Source: an uncultured Negativicutes bacterium (GTDB lineage Bacteria > Bacillota > Negativicutes > CTSoil-072). From it: a stretch of DNA of 33,661 nucleotides. The stretch spans positions 594 to 34,254 of the forward strand of contig CAYUNV010000002.1 of assembly GCA_964446265.1 (NCBI GenBank), given 5' to 3'. The translations under genes and the position numbers were made by a program. Below, in pieces: positions 9,501-18,427 of the stretch (within the stretch, counting starts at the first letter, position 1; each line of letters opens with the position of its first letter). Under the pieces are notes generated by a model. The model searched no databases and was not told where the DNA came from. It saw only the letters and a program-made list of their open reading frames with translations.

Positions 9501-10115
9501 TTTTTTCAATGCTTCTTTGTCGATCAAGGAAGCTAGTTCGTCGTATTCAAGCACCTCAATTTTCTGCACCTCATGCGAAGTGCGGAAGCCATCAAAAAAG
9601 TGAACGATCGGCAAACGGGCTTTAATGGCGGAAAGATGCGCCACCGCAGCTAAATCCATACACTCCTGTACGCTGCCCGATGCCAACAACAGACAACCGG
9701 ACTGCCGGACCGACATGACATCCTGGTGATCACCGAAAATACTCCAGGCATTGGTTGCCAAAGCGCGGGCGCTGACATGAAACACACCCGGAAGAAGCTC
9801 ACCGGCAATGCGATACATGACAGGCAGCATCAACATCAAGCCCTGAGATGCTGTGTAAGTCGTAGAAAGCGCGCCGGTGGAAAGGCTGCCGTGCATGGCG
9901 CCGGAAGCTCCGCCTTCAGACTGCATCTCACGCACCATCACTTTGTTACCAAAGACATTCAGACGTCCATGGGCCGACCATTCATCAACCAACTCTGCCA
10001 TTACCGACGAAGGAGTAATCGGAAAAATCGTCGCCACTTCTGTAAATGCATACGAAACATGGGCCGCGGCAGTATTGCCGTCCATCGTCATTTGTCTACG
10101 CTTTTCCACTTTCAT
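6582..10115 (-). CDS. nifJ: Pyruvate:ferredoxin (flavodoxin) oxidoreductase, single-polypeptide type
   Basis: About 1177 aa. Motifs include MDGNTAAAHVSYAFTEVATIFPITPSS, the ferredoxin domain CIQCNQCSFVCPHA / CTGCGNCIAVCP, and the TPP region GGDGWAYDIGFGGLDH. ATG 10115 was chosen as the start. GTG 10109 is an alternative, as GGAGG lies at 10122-10118. Confidence 0.95.
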   Translation of the reverse strand: MKVEKRRQMTMDGNTAAAHVSYAFTEVATIFPITPSSVMAELVDEWSAHGRLNVFGNKVMVREMQSEGGASGAMHGSLSTGALSTTYTASQGLMLMLPVMYRIAGELLPGVFHVSARALATNAWSIFGDHQDVMSVRQSGCLLLASGSVQECMDLAAVAHLSAIKARLPIVHFFDGFRTSHEVQKIEVLEYDELASLIDKEALKKFRDDALNPDHPVMHGCTENPDIFFQTREAVNKFYLPVPDTVQSYMDDINKLTGRSYKLFNYYGSPTAEDVIVAMGSGCSVVRETIEYQNAHGGNYGLLEVHLYRPFSNKHLLEAIPKSAKRIAVLDRTKEPGASGEPLYLDVRSAFYGRENAPLIVGGRYGIGSKDFTPAHVMAVYKNLTMDKPVDGFTVGIHDDVTFLSLPPYQEEFDSAPEGTTACKFWGLGSDGTVSANKSAIKIIGDHTNLYTQAYFAYDSKKSGGLTVSHLRFGKKPIQSSYLINRADFVACHNQSYVQTYDLLEDIKPGGRFLLNCVWNQEELEEQLPAALKRTIAEKSVEFYSINAVKIAQDVGLGGRINMVMQAAFFQLAKILPVEEAVAYLKSSVEKSYGKRGMDVVEMNWQAIDAGIANIVRVEVPAAWRTAVDVSAAKKGEPVPEFIEKFMFPVTRQQGDKLPVSIFNGRENGSFPMGTSQYEKRGISLEVPFWKVDKCIQCNQCSFVCPHAVLRPKLLSEEQTAAAPAGISVKKAVGFENKNYTMAISALDCTGCGNCIAVCPVKGKALEMVPLSEYRDQMEENWEYLKRIEVEDLPQSQRTTLKGSQFLQPFLEFSGACAGCGETPYAKLITQLYGDRMILANTAGCVVVWGNSSPSTAYTVNGKGHGPGWGYSLFENEAEFALGLYMGSKAVRNNLANLVRNVLHGDLPTQLSSALKSWLEGMDRSEGTRERAAALEEALKPFNADPALAALYERKDYFVLPSYWAFGGDGWAYDIGFGGLDHVLASGENINIFVLDTEVYSNTGGQSSKSTPAAAVAKFAASGKETKKKDLGRMAMSYGYVYVAQVCMGADRNQTLKAIAEAEAYNGPSLIIGYAPCINHGIKAGMGSAQLQQKRAVEAGYWALYRYNPDREKLGENPFMLDSKEPTADFKEYLLSETRFASLAQDYPDQAEKLFKKAEQDARDRNRYYKYLSENKI

Positions 10116-10312
10116 ACCTCCCGACTTGTTGTAAATTGATACCCGCAATCCATCTCACTGTACCATGAGCACATATTATTTAATCTTCCATACATTTACA
10201 CAAAACCCTGCCTATTTTATTTGAATACATATTTTCATGTTCGCAAATCGGCACTGTTTGAAAAAACGGATTTGCTTCAAACTGTGTGGGATGGAATTAC
10301 TCTCCGATGGAC

Positions 10313-10343
10313 AAAAAAACCGCCTAAACACAATGTCTAGGCG
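10313..10343 (-). terminator. Intrinsic terminator after the CoA-ligase gene
   Basis: Minus-strand RNA has CGCCUA (10343-10338) pairing with UAGGCG (10326-10321) across an 11-nt loop, then G followed by U7. Confidence 0.55.
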
Positions 10344-10389
10344 ATGAAAATACACATATTAAAAATTAGGCGATAGTCGGAAATAATTT

Positions 10390-12030
10390 TCATGCGGGCT
10401 TATTAATGCTGTTGAGCTTGTTTCTGATGTCTTGCCGCAGCAGGAACTTTTGCACTTTTCCTGATTCTGTGCGGGGCAGACGGTCGACGATTTCAATGCG
10501 TTCCGGACATTTATATTTGGGTGCTTTCTTTTCCGTGAAATACGCTACGAGATCATCCGTAGTAAGACCTTTAGCCGAATCATTGAGAACGACATAAGCG
10601 CACACCTTCTCACCCAATCGTTCATCCGGCATGGACACAACAGCGATTTCACGGATATTCGGATGCTGCAATAAGAAATTCTCCACTTCGCAGCTACTGA
10701 TGTTTTCCCCGCCGCGGATGATGATATCTTTGATCCGGCCGGTAATTCGGATATATCCGTCAGCATCCATCTTGCACATGTCGCCGCTGTAATACCAGCC
10801 TTCCTCGTCAAGAACTTTCGCCGTCAATTCCGGTTCCCGTAAATAGCCGACAAATACATTCGGCCCACGCGACACTTCTTCCCCTTCGGTTTCCGGCGAA
10901 AGAGTATTGTGCGACTGGTCAACAATCTTTATTTCCACTCCTGGCACTGCATAACCGTCACTATTGATGATGCGTTCGTCAGTATCGTGCAAAGCCGTTG
11001 CCGCATGCGGCACGCTCTCCGTAGAACCATAAACACCAAGCACTTTAAAACCGGCCTGCATTGCTTCTTTCACCATATGCCTGGGTATCGGCGCCCCGCC
11101 GCATAAAAAGTACCGGAGAGAACTAATATCATGCTTCGCCGCCTGGAGCGCGCGGAGGATATCGTGAACAAAGGGAGTGGCACCCATTCCACAAGTGCAT
11201 TTTTCCTGTTCGATAAGCTTCAATGTATTTTCCGGGATGAATATGTCCTGGAGAACGCTTTTTGCGCCAAAAAGGAACGGCATTGTCACGCCATGATGAA
11301 AACCAGTGGCATGTCCTACCGGCGCCGGCATTAATATCGTATCGAAGGAATTGAAATTTACTCTGGCCGCAAACGCTTTTTCGGCAGCAATAATATTATT
11401 GTGCGTTAACATGACCCCTTTGGGATTTCCTTCGGTACCGGAAGTAAACAGTACGGCCGCCAAATCATCTGCATTTACTTCGGCAACGTTCTGAGTTGGA
11501 TCATAATCCCGCAGCACCTGTTCCAATGTCAGACATTGCGTATTTTCCTGATATTTGTCTACCATGACCACTTGTTGGAGACTCGGTACAGTAGGAACTA
11601 ACGATTCAGCCACTTCAAAAAAGTTTCTCTTTTTAAACATATACGGGAAGAATAAGACCTTGCTTTCACATTTATTTAAAATATAGGATAAGTTACGCTC
11701 ACTGTAATTCGGGCAAAGGGCATTACAAATCGCCCCCGCTTTCAAACAGCCAATGTAAATCACCGTGAACTCCGCCCAGCCAGGCATCAGCAACGTGACA
11801 AAATCACCCGGCACAATGCCCTTTGCTTGCAAATACGCCGCCACTCGGCTGGAAGCTTCGTCAAGTTCTCTGTACGTAAACGATTTTCCCTGGAAATCGA
11901 CGACGGCTGTTTTTTCCGGGACGCTTCTTACCGCCATTTGCCAATAATCGACCAGGGTCGCATCCCCCCAGTACCCAAGTTTGCGGTACTTTTCCCTTTG
12001 TTTTTCATTGATTTTATATTCTAAAGGCAT
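10390..12030 (-). CDS. AMP-forming acyl-CoA ligase, FadK(YdiD)/AliA-like
   Basis: 546 aa with the adenylate-forming motifs LFTSGTEGNPKGV, YGSTES, GWYYSGD and LPRTESGKVQKF. The N-terminal YRKLGYWGDATLVDYWQ block matches my recollection of E. coli FadK. Confidence 0.85.
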   Translation of the reverse strand: MPLEYKINEKQREKYRKLGYWGDATLVDYWQMAVRSVPEKTAVVDFQGKSFTYRELDEASSRVAAYLQAKGIVPGDFVTLLMPGWAEFTVIYIGCLKAGAICNALCPNYSERNLSYILNKCESKVLFFPYMFKKRNFFEVAESLVPTVPSLQQVVMVDKYQENTQCLTLEQVLRDYDPTQNVAEVNADDLAAVLFTSGTEGNPKGVMLTHNNIIAAEKAFAARVNFNSFDTILMPAPVGHATGFHHGVTMPFLFGAKSVLQDIFIPENTLKLIEQEKCTCGMGATPFVHDILRALQAAKHDISSLRYFLCGGAPIPRHMVKEAMQAGFKVLGVYGSTESVPHAATALHDTDERIINSDGYAVPGVEIKIVDQSHNTLSPETEGEEVSRGPNVFVGYLREPELTAKVLDEEGWYYSGDMCKMDADGYIRITGRIKDIIIRGGENISSCEVENFLLQHPNIREIAVVSMPDERLGEKVCAYVVLNDSAKGLTTDDLVAYFTEKKAPKYKCPERIEIVDRLPRTESGKVQKFLLRQDIRNKLNSINKPA

Positions 12031-12087
12031 TTTACCAACCCCTTAGTTGGGCACTTTGCATAGCTATTGGCGCCCAGTAAATCTGTT

Positions 12088-13383
12088 TCATCGTGTAATC
12101 GATGTCGCCCGTAAGGATTGCGGTATTATTTGTTTTACCGTAACTGTGAATGTTAAAATCAGCGAACCGAGGATAGATATCCCGGCACCTAAATAGAGGG
12201 CCATATTATACCCATAAGCATCGACAACAACCCCGGTCAACAAGGGAGAGGTTATGCCGCCGATCGTAGCGAATGTCGCCCAAAGGCCAGTGATTTTACC
12301 GGCGTTTTTCCGGGAAAAAACCATGGGCATCGAATAATAGCCCCCCATAGTAAGGCATAAAATCCCATTCGATGCAGAAATTAGAGCTACCACGTTGATT
12401 GCGTTTTCTGCCCTTGATCCCATGATCAATAAAATACCGGCAGCGACCATGCCAATGATCGGAATGATTTTGCGGCCGAAATTATGGCCGAATTTCGCGG
12501 CTGCTTTGTCAGCCAAGTACCCGCCGATCGGGTAGGTAAAGATGGCAACCATATAGGGCATCATGGTATAAATAGCGCTTTGCGTCAATTGGAGGCCAAG
12601 CCCCCGTACAAAATAAGTCGGCAGCCAAGTCATAAACAAGTAAAAAAGATAATTGGTGCAGAAAAAGGATACCGCCCCGGTCCAAACCGACGGAGTCGAA
12701 AAAATGTCTTTCGGAGTCAATTCAGAAGCCGGCTTATCTTCAACAACCCCTGACTGCCCTCGCTCCGTTTTAATATAAGCCAGTTCTTCCTTACTGATAG
12801 TGGGGTGATTTTCGGGCTTATCCTTACCGAACTTCATCCATATAAAAATCCAAAGCGGATCAATAAAAGCAAAGGACCAGAACACCATATGCCAGTTCCA
12901 TTGATGAATAATCCAGGCAGCAATCGGCATGGTCAACGTGATGCCTAAAGGAACCCCTACCAAACAGATCCCTTGCGCCAAACCGGTTTCATGTTTAGGA
13001 ACCCATTTGGCCACCATCGAAGAAATTGCCGGCAAAGCTACGCCTTCACCCATACCCATTAAAATCCGGATGGCCACCATTAAACCGAGGGTTGAACCGA
13101 AAGGCGTTAAGAAAACAAAGATTGACCACCAAACAGCCCCAAAAATAATAACTTTGCCTCCGCCGAACCGGTCTGCCAACCATCCGCCAATAATCATGCT
13201 GCATGCATAACCGATAAAAAAGGCGGTTGACACTAAGCCAAACTGCGTTCCCGTCCAGTTAAATTCTTTCATCATGGATGGGCCGGCAATCGACATATTC
13301 GAACGGTCCATGTATAACACTACGTAACATAAAAGGAATTGCGCTATGATCAACCATCGTGTATTGCCAATCTTTGAACTCAT
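12088..13383 (-). CDS. MFS permease, anion:cation symporter (ACS, DgoT/ExuT-like) type, copy 1
   Basis: ORF 12088..13431, with the start moved to ATG 13383 (AAAGGAGAG SD). It has 12 hydrophobic segments, the LADRFGGGKV loop motif and TWLPTYF. It is clearly paralogous to 19850..21100, sharing MMKEF.WTGTQFGLVSTAFFIGYA. Confidence 0.85.
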   Translation of the reverse strand: MSSKIGNTRWLIIAQFLLCYVVLYMDRSNMSIAGPSMMKEFNWTGTQFGLVSTAFFIGYACSMIIGGWLADRFGGGKVIIFGAVWWSIFVFLTPFGSTLGLMVAIRILMGMGEGVALPAISSMVAKWVPKHETGLAQGICLVGVPLGITLTMPIAAWIIHQWNWHMVFWSFAFIDPLWIFIWMKFGKDKPENHPTISKEELAYIKTERGQSGVVEDKPASELTPKDIFSTPSVWTGAVSFFCTNYLFYLFMTWLPTYFVRGLGLQLTQSAIYTMMPYMVAIFTYPIGGYLADKAAAKFGHNFGRKIIPIIGMVAAGILLIMGSRAENAINVVALISASNGILCLTMGGYYSMPMVFSRKNAGKITGLWATFATIGGITSPLLTGVVVDAYGYNMALYLGAGISILGSLILTFTVTVKQIIPQSLRATSITR

Positions 13384-13464
13384 GGTTATCTCTCCTTTAA
13401 CAATACAAAGTCCCTGTGCCTTTGAGTCCATTATACCTTGATGAAGATAGCTAAGACAGATTAC

Positions 13465-13549
13465 AAAAATCCAGGAATTACGTGTTCATGGCTACCAAGG
13501 CAGAAAATACTTTCTGCCTTGGTAGCCTGAACACTTCTTAAACCTGGAT
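13465..13549 (-). terminator. Long composite hairpin plus U-tract between etfA and the MFS/ligase genes (terminator or attenuator)
   Basis: There is a perfect 17-bp core, 13490-13506 pairing with 13511-13527, with a 4-nt loop. It is extended by GUGUUCA/UGAACAC and by AUCCAGG/CCUGGAU (13549-13543 with 13475-13469). UUUU follows on the minus strand. Confidence 0.6.
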
Positions 13550-13648
13550 TCATGAAATTTCCTCATCTGCACCCAGGTTTAAAGAATTGACACATTTGCC
13601 AAGCGCAAAAACCTTTAAAACAAATGGCTGATCGAGAAAAAAGTCAAA

Positions 13649-14656
13649 TTAGCTTGCTTTCACTTTTTTAATTTCTTCTACCATTGCCGGTATGACTTCT
13701 TGAAAATCACCAACGATACAGTAATCAGCGATTTCAAAGATCGGCGCATCCGGATCTTTGTTGATGGCGATAATCGTTTTGGAAGACGACATGCCTGCCA
13801 AATGCTGAATTGCCCCCGAAATTCCGCAAGCAATATACATTTGCGGTCCAACTGTCTGGCCTGTCTGGCCTACCTGTTGATGATGAGAAATCCAGCCCGC
13901 ATCAACAGCTGCTCTGGATGCTCCGATAGCACCGCCAAGAAGGTCAGCCAGTTCTTTCAGGATCGCGAAATTTTCCGGTTTGCCCAAGCCTCTGCCACCT
14001 GCTACGATAACATCGGCTTCTTCCAGCTTAATGCCGGAATCGGTAACAGTTTTAACGACCTCAACCACTTTTGTTTTCATTTCTTCCGCCGGTGTTTTGA
14101 TATCTTCTTTTACCACGTCGGCTGTCTTCGCTGCATCCGGCTGAACTTTTTTGAACACGCCAGGCCGGACCGTCGCCAGCTGCGGTCTGGTCTCCGGAAC
14201 TGAGCAAACAGCCATCAAATTTCCGCTGAATTCGCGTTTGGTAAACTCAACCGTTCCGCCGGCGCCGCCTACCATGGCGATGCAATCCGCAACCAATCCG
14301 GTATTCAGTTTGCAAGCTGCGCTGGCAGCCAAATCTTTACCGTTGTTGGTTGATCCGATCAGGAGTACAGAAGGTTTATACTTTTCAACCAGTTTACCTA
14401 TCACATAGCTGTATCCGTCAGCGCTAAAGTTTTGATATTCATCGCCGTCAACGCTGATGACTTGATCCGCACCATACGCGATCGCATCCTTAACGGCAGC
14501 ATCCACATTTTTGCCGATAACAACAGCAACCAGACTTTCCTGGCTGGCTGCAGCAAGCTGCCCGCCGGGGTTCAATAACTCCAGGCCGGTATTTTTAGCC
14601 TGTCCTTGTTCTGTTTCAATAAATACCCATACATTCTTGTAATCGCCGATATTCAT
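13649..14656 (-). CDS. etfA: Electron transfer flavoprotein, alpha subunit
   Basis: 335 aa with a C-terminal FAD-binding region (...VGQTGQTVGPQMYIACGISGAIQHLAGM...). GGAGG SD is present. A 14-nt gap separates it from etfB. Confidence 0.9.
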   Translation of the reverse strand: MNIGDYKNVWVFIETEQGQAKNTGLELLNPGGQLAAASQESLVAVVIGKNVDAAVKDAIAYGADQVISVDGDEYQNFSADGYSYVIGKLVEKYKPSVLLIGSTNNGKDLAASAACKLNTGLVADCIAMVGGAGGTVEFTKREFSGNLMAVCSVPETRPQLATVRPGVFKKVQPDAAKTADVVKEDIKTPAEEMKTKVVEVVKTVTDSGIKLEEADVIVAGGRGLGKPENFAILKELADLLGGAIGASRAAVDAGWISHHQQVGQTGQTVGPQMYIACGISGAIQHLAGMSSSKTIIAINKDPDAPIFEIADYCIVGDFQEVIPAMVEEIKKVKAS

Positions 14657-14670
14657 TGCTTAACCTCCAT

Positions 14671-15459
14671 TTAAATAAGCGTAGCCTCTACTAACTTTTC
14701 AACCAATTTACGGGCCGCATCCTGGCCGGTCGCCTCTTTGATCATAACGCCCGACTCTTTCTTGGCCGGCACAAACGTCTTTGTCACTTTGGCCAAAGAG
14801 CCTTTCAGCCCCAATTTTGCTGGATCGATTCCCGGCAGGTCCGCCGGAGTCAATACGTCAATCTTTGCTTTATTGGCCTCCATTTTCCCTTTAACGGAAG
14901 CAAAGCGCGGTTCGTTGATCGTTTTGGTAACCGTGCAAAGAGCAGGAAGCTGCGCTTCAACGACTTCATACCCATCGTCTGTTTCGCGGTTTACAACAAC
15001 CTTGCCGCCATCTACCTGGATTTTTGCGGCATACGTCAATTGTGCAATGCCAAGCTGCTGGGCCAAAGCCGGACCTACTTGGGCGGTTTCCGAATCAATC
15101 GCTTGTTTGCCGCAAATGATCAAATCAAAATTGCCCAGCTTCTTGATCGCGTTGGCTAAGATATAGCTGGTGGTGTAGGTGTCGGAACCGGCAAATGCCG
15201 GATCGCTGATCAGGACGGCTTTCGTCGCACCTACGGAAATACATTCTTTGAGGGCTTTTTTGGCTTGATCCGGTCCCATGCATAGTGCGGTTACCGTGCC
15301 GCCATGCGCTTCTTTCAACTGGACAGCTGCTTCCAGCGCGTGTTTGTCAAACGGATTCACGATATTCGGCAGACCGTCTCTCACTAAGGTATTGCTAGCC
15401 GGATCCATTTTGACATCCGTTGTGTCAGGTACTTGTTTAATACAAACCAGGATATCCAT
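14671..15459 (-). CDS. etfB: Electron transfer flavoprotein, beta subunit
   Basis: 262 aa starting MDILVCIKQVPDTTDVKMDP...LVRDGLPNIVNPFDKHALEAAVQLKE. This resembles clostridial Bcd-associated (bifurcating-type) EtfB as I recall it. GGGAGGAG SD is present. Confidence 0.9.
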   Translation of the reverse strand: MDILVCIKQVPDTTDVKMDPASNTLVRDGLPNIVNPFDKHALEAAVQLKEAHGGTVTALCMGPDQAKKALKECISVGATKAVLISDPAFAGSDTYTTSYILANAIKKLGNFDLIICGKQAIDSETAQVGPALAQQLGIAQLTYAAKIQVDGGKVVVNRETDDGYEVVEAQLPALCTVTKTINEPRFASVKGKMEANKAKIDVLTPADLPGIDPAKLGLKGSLAKVTKTFVPAKKESGVMIKEATGQDAARKLVEKLVEATLI

Positions 15460-15476
15460 GTAATTGCTCCTCCCTG

Positions 15477-16610
15477 TTACTTCAACAATTCTTTAGCGAT
15501 GGTCATCCGTTGAATCTGGTTGGTTCCTTCAAAAATCTGGAATACTTTAGAGTCTCTCATCAATTTTTCAACCGGATATTCTTTGCTTACGCCATAACCG
15601 CCGAAAAGCTGTACTGCATCCGTGGTTACTCTGACTACAGTGTCACCACAGAAGGTTTTCGTGATTGCGCCTTCCAACGTGACAGGATCGCCTTGGTCCA
15701 TAAGCCGCATAGAATAATTAACCAATTGGCGGGCAGCCTGGGTTTGGATCTCCATATCGGCCAGGATCATTTGTACTGCCTGGAATTCGCCGATCGGTTT
15801 ACCAAATTGCTTTCTTTCTTTGACATACTTGATGGACTCATTGATAGCCGATTGGCAAATACCTACAGCCAGGGTGCCTACGAAAGCGCGGGAGATGTTC
15901 AGCGTATTCATAGCAACTTTGAAGCCGATTCCTTCTTCGCCCAATAAATGGGAGGCCGGAACCCGGACATCCGTGAAGGCAACGTCGCAGGTATTGGATA
16001 AACGAAGGCCCAATTTGTCTTCATGTTTACCCACCGTGATACCGGGACGGCTTTTCTCTACGATAAACGCGGATAAACCTTTTAATCCTTTGCTCTTGTC
16101 CGTGGAAGCAAATACTACGAAAATATCGGCATAACCGCCATTGGTTACAAAACATTTTGTCGCATTGATCACATACTCATCGCCATCTCTTACTGCAGTA
16201 GCTCTGACAGCACCGGCGTCGGAACCGGCGTTCGGCTCAGTCAGACAGAATGCGCCAAATGCGCCAGGAGCGATGATATCGGCAAACAATTGCTTCTGCT
16301 CCGCATTGCCGGCTAAAAGGACGGAACGCAGAGCGACAAAGGATGTGACCAGCGAAATGGCAAACCCGGCATCCACTTTGGCTAATTCTTCAAAGATCAC
16401 AGCAGTTTGTTCATAGCTCATTCCTGAACCGCCATACTCTTCGGGAATTTCCAAAACATGCAGTCCCATTTCAAAAGCTTCTTTCAGGAGTTCCAACGGA
16501 AAGTCGCCTGTTCGGTCAAACTCGGCCACCTGGGGTTTAACGCGGCGGATCGCAAAATCCCTGACCATTTCCACCATTTCTTGCAGTTCTTCCGGTGATA
16601 ATTGCACCAT
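15477..16610 (-). CDS. Acyl-CoA dehydrogenase (butyryl-CoA-dehydrogenase-like), copy 1
   Basis: ORF 15477..16631, with the start moved to ATG 16610 (GGAGGA 7 nt upstream). Motifs are CLTEPNAGSDAGA and the C-terminal QIFEGTNQIQR with the catalytic Glu. A 17-nt gap separates it from etfB. Confidence 0.9.
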   Translation of the reverse strand: MVQLSPEELQEMVEMVRDFAIRRVKPQVAEFDRTGDFPLELLKEAFEMGLHVLEIPEEYGGSGMSYEQTAVIFEELAKVDAGFAISLVTSFVALRSVLLAGNAEQKQLFADIIAPGAFGAFCLTEPNAGSDAGAVRATAVRDGDEYVINATKCFVTNGGYADIFVVFASTDKSKGLKGLSAFIVEKSRPGITVGKHEDKLGLRLSNTCDVAFTDVRVPASHLLGEEGIGFKVAMNTLNISRAFVGTLAVGICQSAINESIKYVKERKQFGKPIGEFQAVQMILADMEIQTQAARQLVNYSMRLMDQGDPVTLEGAITKTFCGDTVVRVTTDAVQLFGGYGVSKEYPVEKLMRDSKVFQIFEGTNQIQRMTIAKELLK

Positions 16611-16695
16611 TTCGTATTCCTCCACATTCATATTTTGTATAAGAATTTTTCCTCGTTAGCAACACTCTTTACGCTACGCAGCAAGCGATGAATAA

Positions 16696-17001
16696 TTATC
16701 CTTGCTGATAAATAATCCCTTTGCCTTGCTCCGGATAATTCCAGGAATATCCTTCCGAGCCTTTGTTCAATCGGCTGCAGACGAAACGACAATTTCCGCA
16801 CTCCAAACATCCCACATGGTCAAAGCTCAGTTTGTCGTTAATCGTATCCCATTTATAGCGTTCGGCGGGGCAGCAGAACGTGCAAGCCCGGTTATCCGTG
16901 CAGGTACGGCAGGCGATTTTATCGACAATGATATGCGAGTTGACATCATCACTGTCAAAGCGGTTTTTCGCGAGGCGATCATCCATGGAAAGAATTTTCA
17001 T
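16696..17001 (-). CDS. fixX: FixX-type ferredoxin-like protein
   Basis: 101 aa from ATG 17001, with GCLECGNCRFVC and the ...WNYPEQGKGIIYQQG tail typical of FixX/YdiT. An extra CRTCTDNRACTFCCP motif is present. Its ATG overlaps the fixC stop codon (ATGA at 17001-16998). Confidence 0.85.
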   Translation of the reverse strand: MKILSMDDRLAKNRFDSDDVNSHIIVDKIACRTCTDNRACTFCCPAERYKWDTINDKLSFDHVGCLECGNCRFVCSRLNKGSEGYSWNYPEQGKGIIYQQG

Positions 17002-18281
17002 AACGACCGGCCCCCTTTCCATGCGTCTTTCAGGATTTCAAAATACGGCAGTTTACCGGAAAATACGGTTTGCTTCACTAAATCGAAAACCGACTTGGAA
17101 GGCTTGGCATCGACTGTGTACATGCTTTTCATCATTTCCAGCGCCAATCCCGGATACGTATTAAACAAATGATAAGAATGGGCAATATAGTCATGCGAAT
17201 TTTTAAAGGTCTGCAAATCTTTCAGGACATAGGGTTGCAATTTGTCTTCGTATTGTTTTAAGAAATTTTTGGAGTAGTCGTTGGCATCGATGGCCGCAAT
17301 CGCAGTTTCTGCTGCTGCTATGCCGGAGAGGATCGCATAGTCCATTCCCCGTACCGTGAACCCACGGTTGACTACGAGTCCGGCCGCATCGCCGGTCAGC
17401 AGAAAACCATCCGAGTAAAGCTGCGGCAGCGAGTTGTAGCCGCCTTCCGGAATCACATGGGCCGAATACTCGACCACTTCGCCGCCCTCAATATAGCGGG
17501 CAATCGACGGGTGCTGCTTCAGTTGTTCCACGACATCAACGATGGGCAGATTAGAATTTTTCCAGCCATAAGAGTCTACTACCAACCCAAGGGAAATGCT
17601 GTCTTTGTTCGTGTACAGGAACGCGCCGCCGCTGATGTTTTTGTTGCAATCACCCACGCAGAGCACCGCTGCTCCTTTGCCGCTTTCCAGGTTAAACCGG
17701 TCATTAATTTTTCCCTCTGACATCCTGATGACGTGTTTCGCACCAACAGCCATGTTTTTCACGTTCAACGGCTTGATTAAACCGGAGCGTTCAGCCACGA
17801 TGGCATTGACGCCTTCCGCGCTGATAACCAGATCGGCCTCCAATTCCTCTTCGCCCATTTTAACGCCGGCCACTTTTCCGTCCTTTATGATTAGGCCGTC
17901 CACCGTACTGCCGGCGATCAGCATAGCGCCTTCTTCTTCCGCCTTCGCGGCCAGCCAGGCGTCAAACTTCGCCCGCAACACCGTATGTGATGGACTGATA
18001 TGGGAAAATGTACTGTCAATTGCCATGCTATCTTCGGGAGTCATCATCATCATGATTTCCCGCGTTACTTCCCGCTCAAGAGGGGCATCTGCCCACTCTC
18101 CGGGCATCAAGGCCTCAAGAGCATAGGTATAGAGTCGGCCGCCTGTTACGTTTTTCGCTCCCGGCGTTTCTCCCCGGTCCACGAGGATCACTTGCTTTCC
18201 GGCTTTCGCCAGACGATAAGCAGCGGCAGAACCAGCCACCCCGGCACCAATTATAATTACTTCGAATTTATCTTCTGACAA
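16998..18281 (-). CDS. fixC: FixC-type FAD-dependent Etf:quinone oxidoreductase
   Basis: 427 aa with a TTG start and a GGGGGA SD 7 nt upstream. The dinucleotide fold VIIIGAGVAGSAAAYRLAKAGKQVILVDRG is present, and length and layout match FixC/YdiS. Confidence 0.9.
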   Translation of the reverse strand: MSEDKFEVIIIGAGVAGSAAAYRLAKAGKQVILVDRGETPGAKNVTGGRLYTYALEALMPGEWADAPLEREVTREIMMMMTPEDSMAIDSTFSHISPSHTVLRAKFDAWLAAKAEEEGAMLIAGSTVDGLIIKDGKVAGVKMGEEELEADLVISAEGVNAIVAERSGLIKPLNVKNMAVGAKHVIRMSEGKINDRFNLESGKGAAVLCVGDCNKNISGGAFLYTNKDSISLGLVVDSYGWKNSNLPIVDVVEQLKQHPSIARYIEGGEVVEYSAHVIPEGGYNSLPQLYSDGFLLTGDAAGLVVNRGFTVRGMDYAILSGIAAAETAIAAIDANDYSKNFLKQYEDKLQPYVLKDLQTFKNSHDYIAHSYHLFNTYPGLALEMMKSMYTVDAKPSKSVFDLVKQTVFSGKLPYFEILKDAWKGGRSL

Positions 18282-18427
18282 GGCTCTGTCCCCCTTTTAA
18301 TAAAGTACTTGTATTGATACACTACGACTCATGCGGTCGTAGGAATATCCAATGTTAATTTTTCAAACAGTCCGGGCGCCGGCGTTAACAAAAACGTAAA
18401 CGCCCGGGATAGCACACCACACTGTCT

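Noticed and set aside
10252-10286. Inverted repeat CACTGTTTGAA-N13-TTCAAACTGTG between the ligase terminator and the PFOR gene, considered as a Rex- or CRP/FNR-type operator.
   Set aside because: The half-site sequence and the 13-nt spacing do not fit the Rex (TTGTGAA-N6-TTCACAA) or CRP/FNR (TGTGA-N6-TCACA, TTGAT-N4-ATCAA) consensus. It has one mismatch and may simply be a secondary hairpin of the terminator region.
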